A DNA stretch of 64,000 nt from Octopus sinensis (taxonomy: Eukaryota), in NCBI RefSeq assembly GCF_006345805.1, contig NC_043010.1, positions 11,470,001 through 11,534,000 of the forward strand. Reading direction: 5' to 3'. The position numbers were made by a program, and so were the translations under genes. This document shows, in pieces, positions 63,970-64,000 of the stretch (the stretch's first letter is position 1; each line of letters begins with the position of its first letter). The notes under the pieces are model-generated. The model did not search any database. It had not been told where the DNA came from and saw only the letters and a program-made list of their open reading frames with translations.

Positions 63970-64000
<31 letters not shown>
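63751..64000 (-). mobile_element. SINE family C, 3' part (runs off the window)
   Basis: Reverse-complement tail and 3' body. Confidence 0.9.

Overview
AT-rich, repeat-dense animal genomic DNA. It is most likely octopus (coleoid cephalopod), inferred from the protocadherin type and the SINE and microsatellite landscape. There is one clear gene: a minus-strand protocadherin whose large exon (start codon at 2727) encodes a signal peptide, six cadherin repeats, a TM helix and the start of the cytoplasmic tail. This exon has a phase-0 splice donor at 336/337 and an upstream acceptor at 2778. About 37 kb upstream on the same strand is a 154-bp exon-like segment (39768-39921, ...RHGWIKGENGLYEEIP|G) that looks like a cytoplasmic-tail exon of a neighbouring protocadherin, with CG in place of AG at its expected acceptor. 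The rest is microsatellites and transposons: several tRNA-derived SINE families (labelled B, C, D, I and L by me), non-autonomous Helitrons, MITEs (piggyBac-like, hAT-like, and one carrying telomere-like repeats), and decayed Tc1, RTE, CR1 and R4/Dong fragments. Other highlights are a probable calcium-free EC3-EC4 linker, two hammerhead-ribozyme-like motifs, a 270-bp palindrome and a head-to-tail Helitron junction. Nearly all short ORFs in the supplied track are microsatellite artefacts. A 100-N gap at 20338-20437 breaks contiguity. All family assignments are by eye and from memory; no database search was run.
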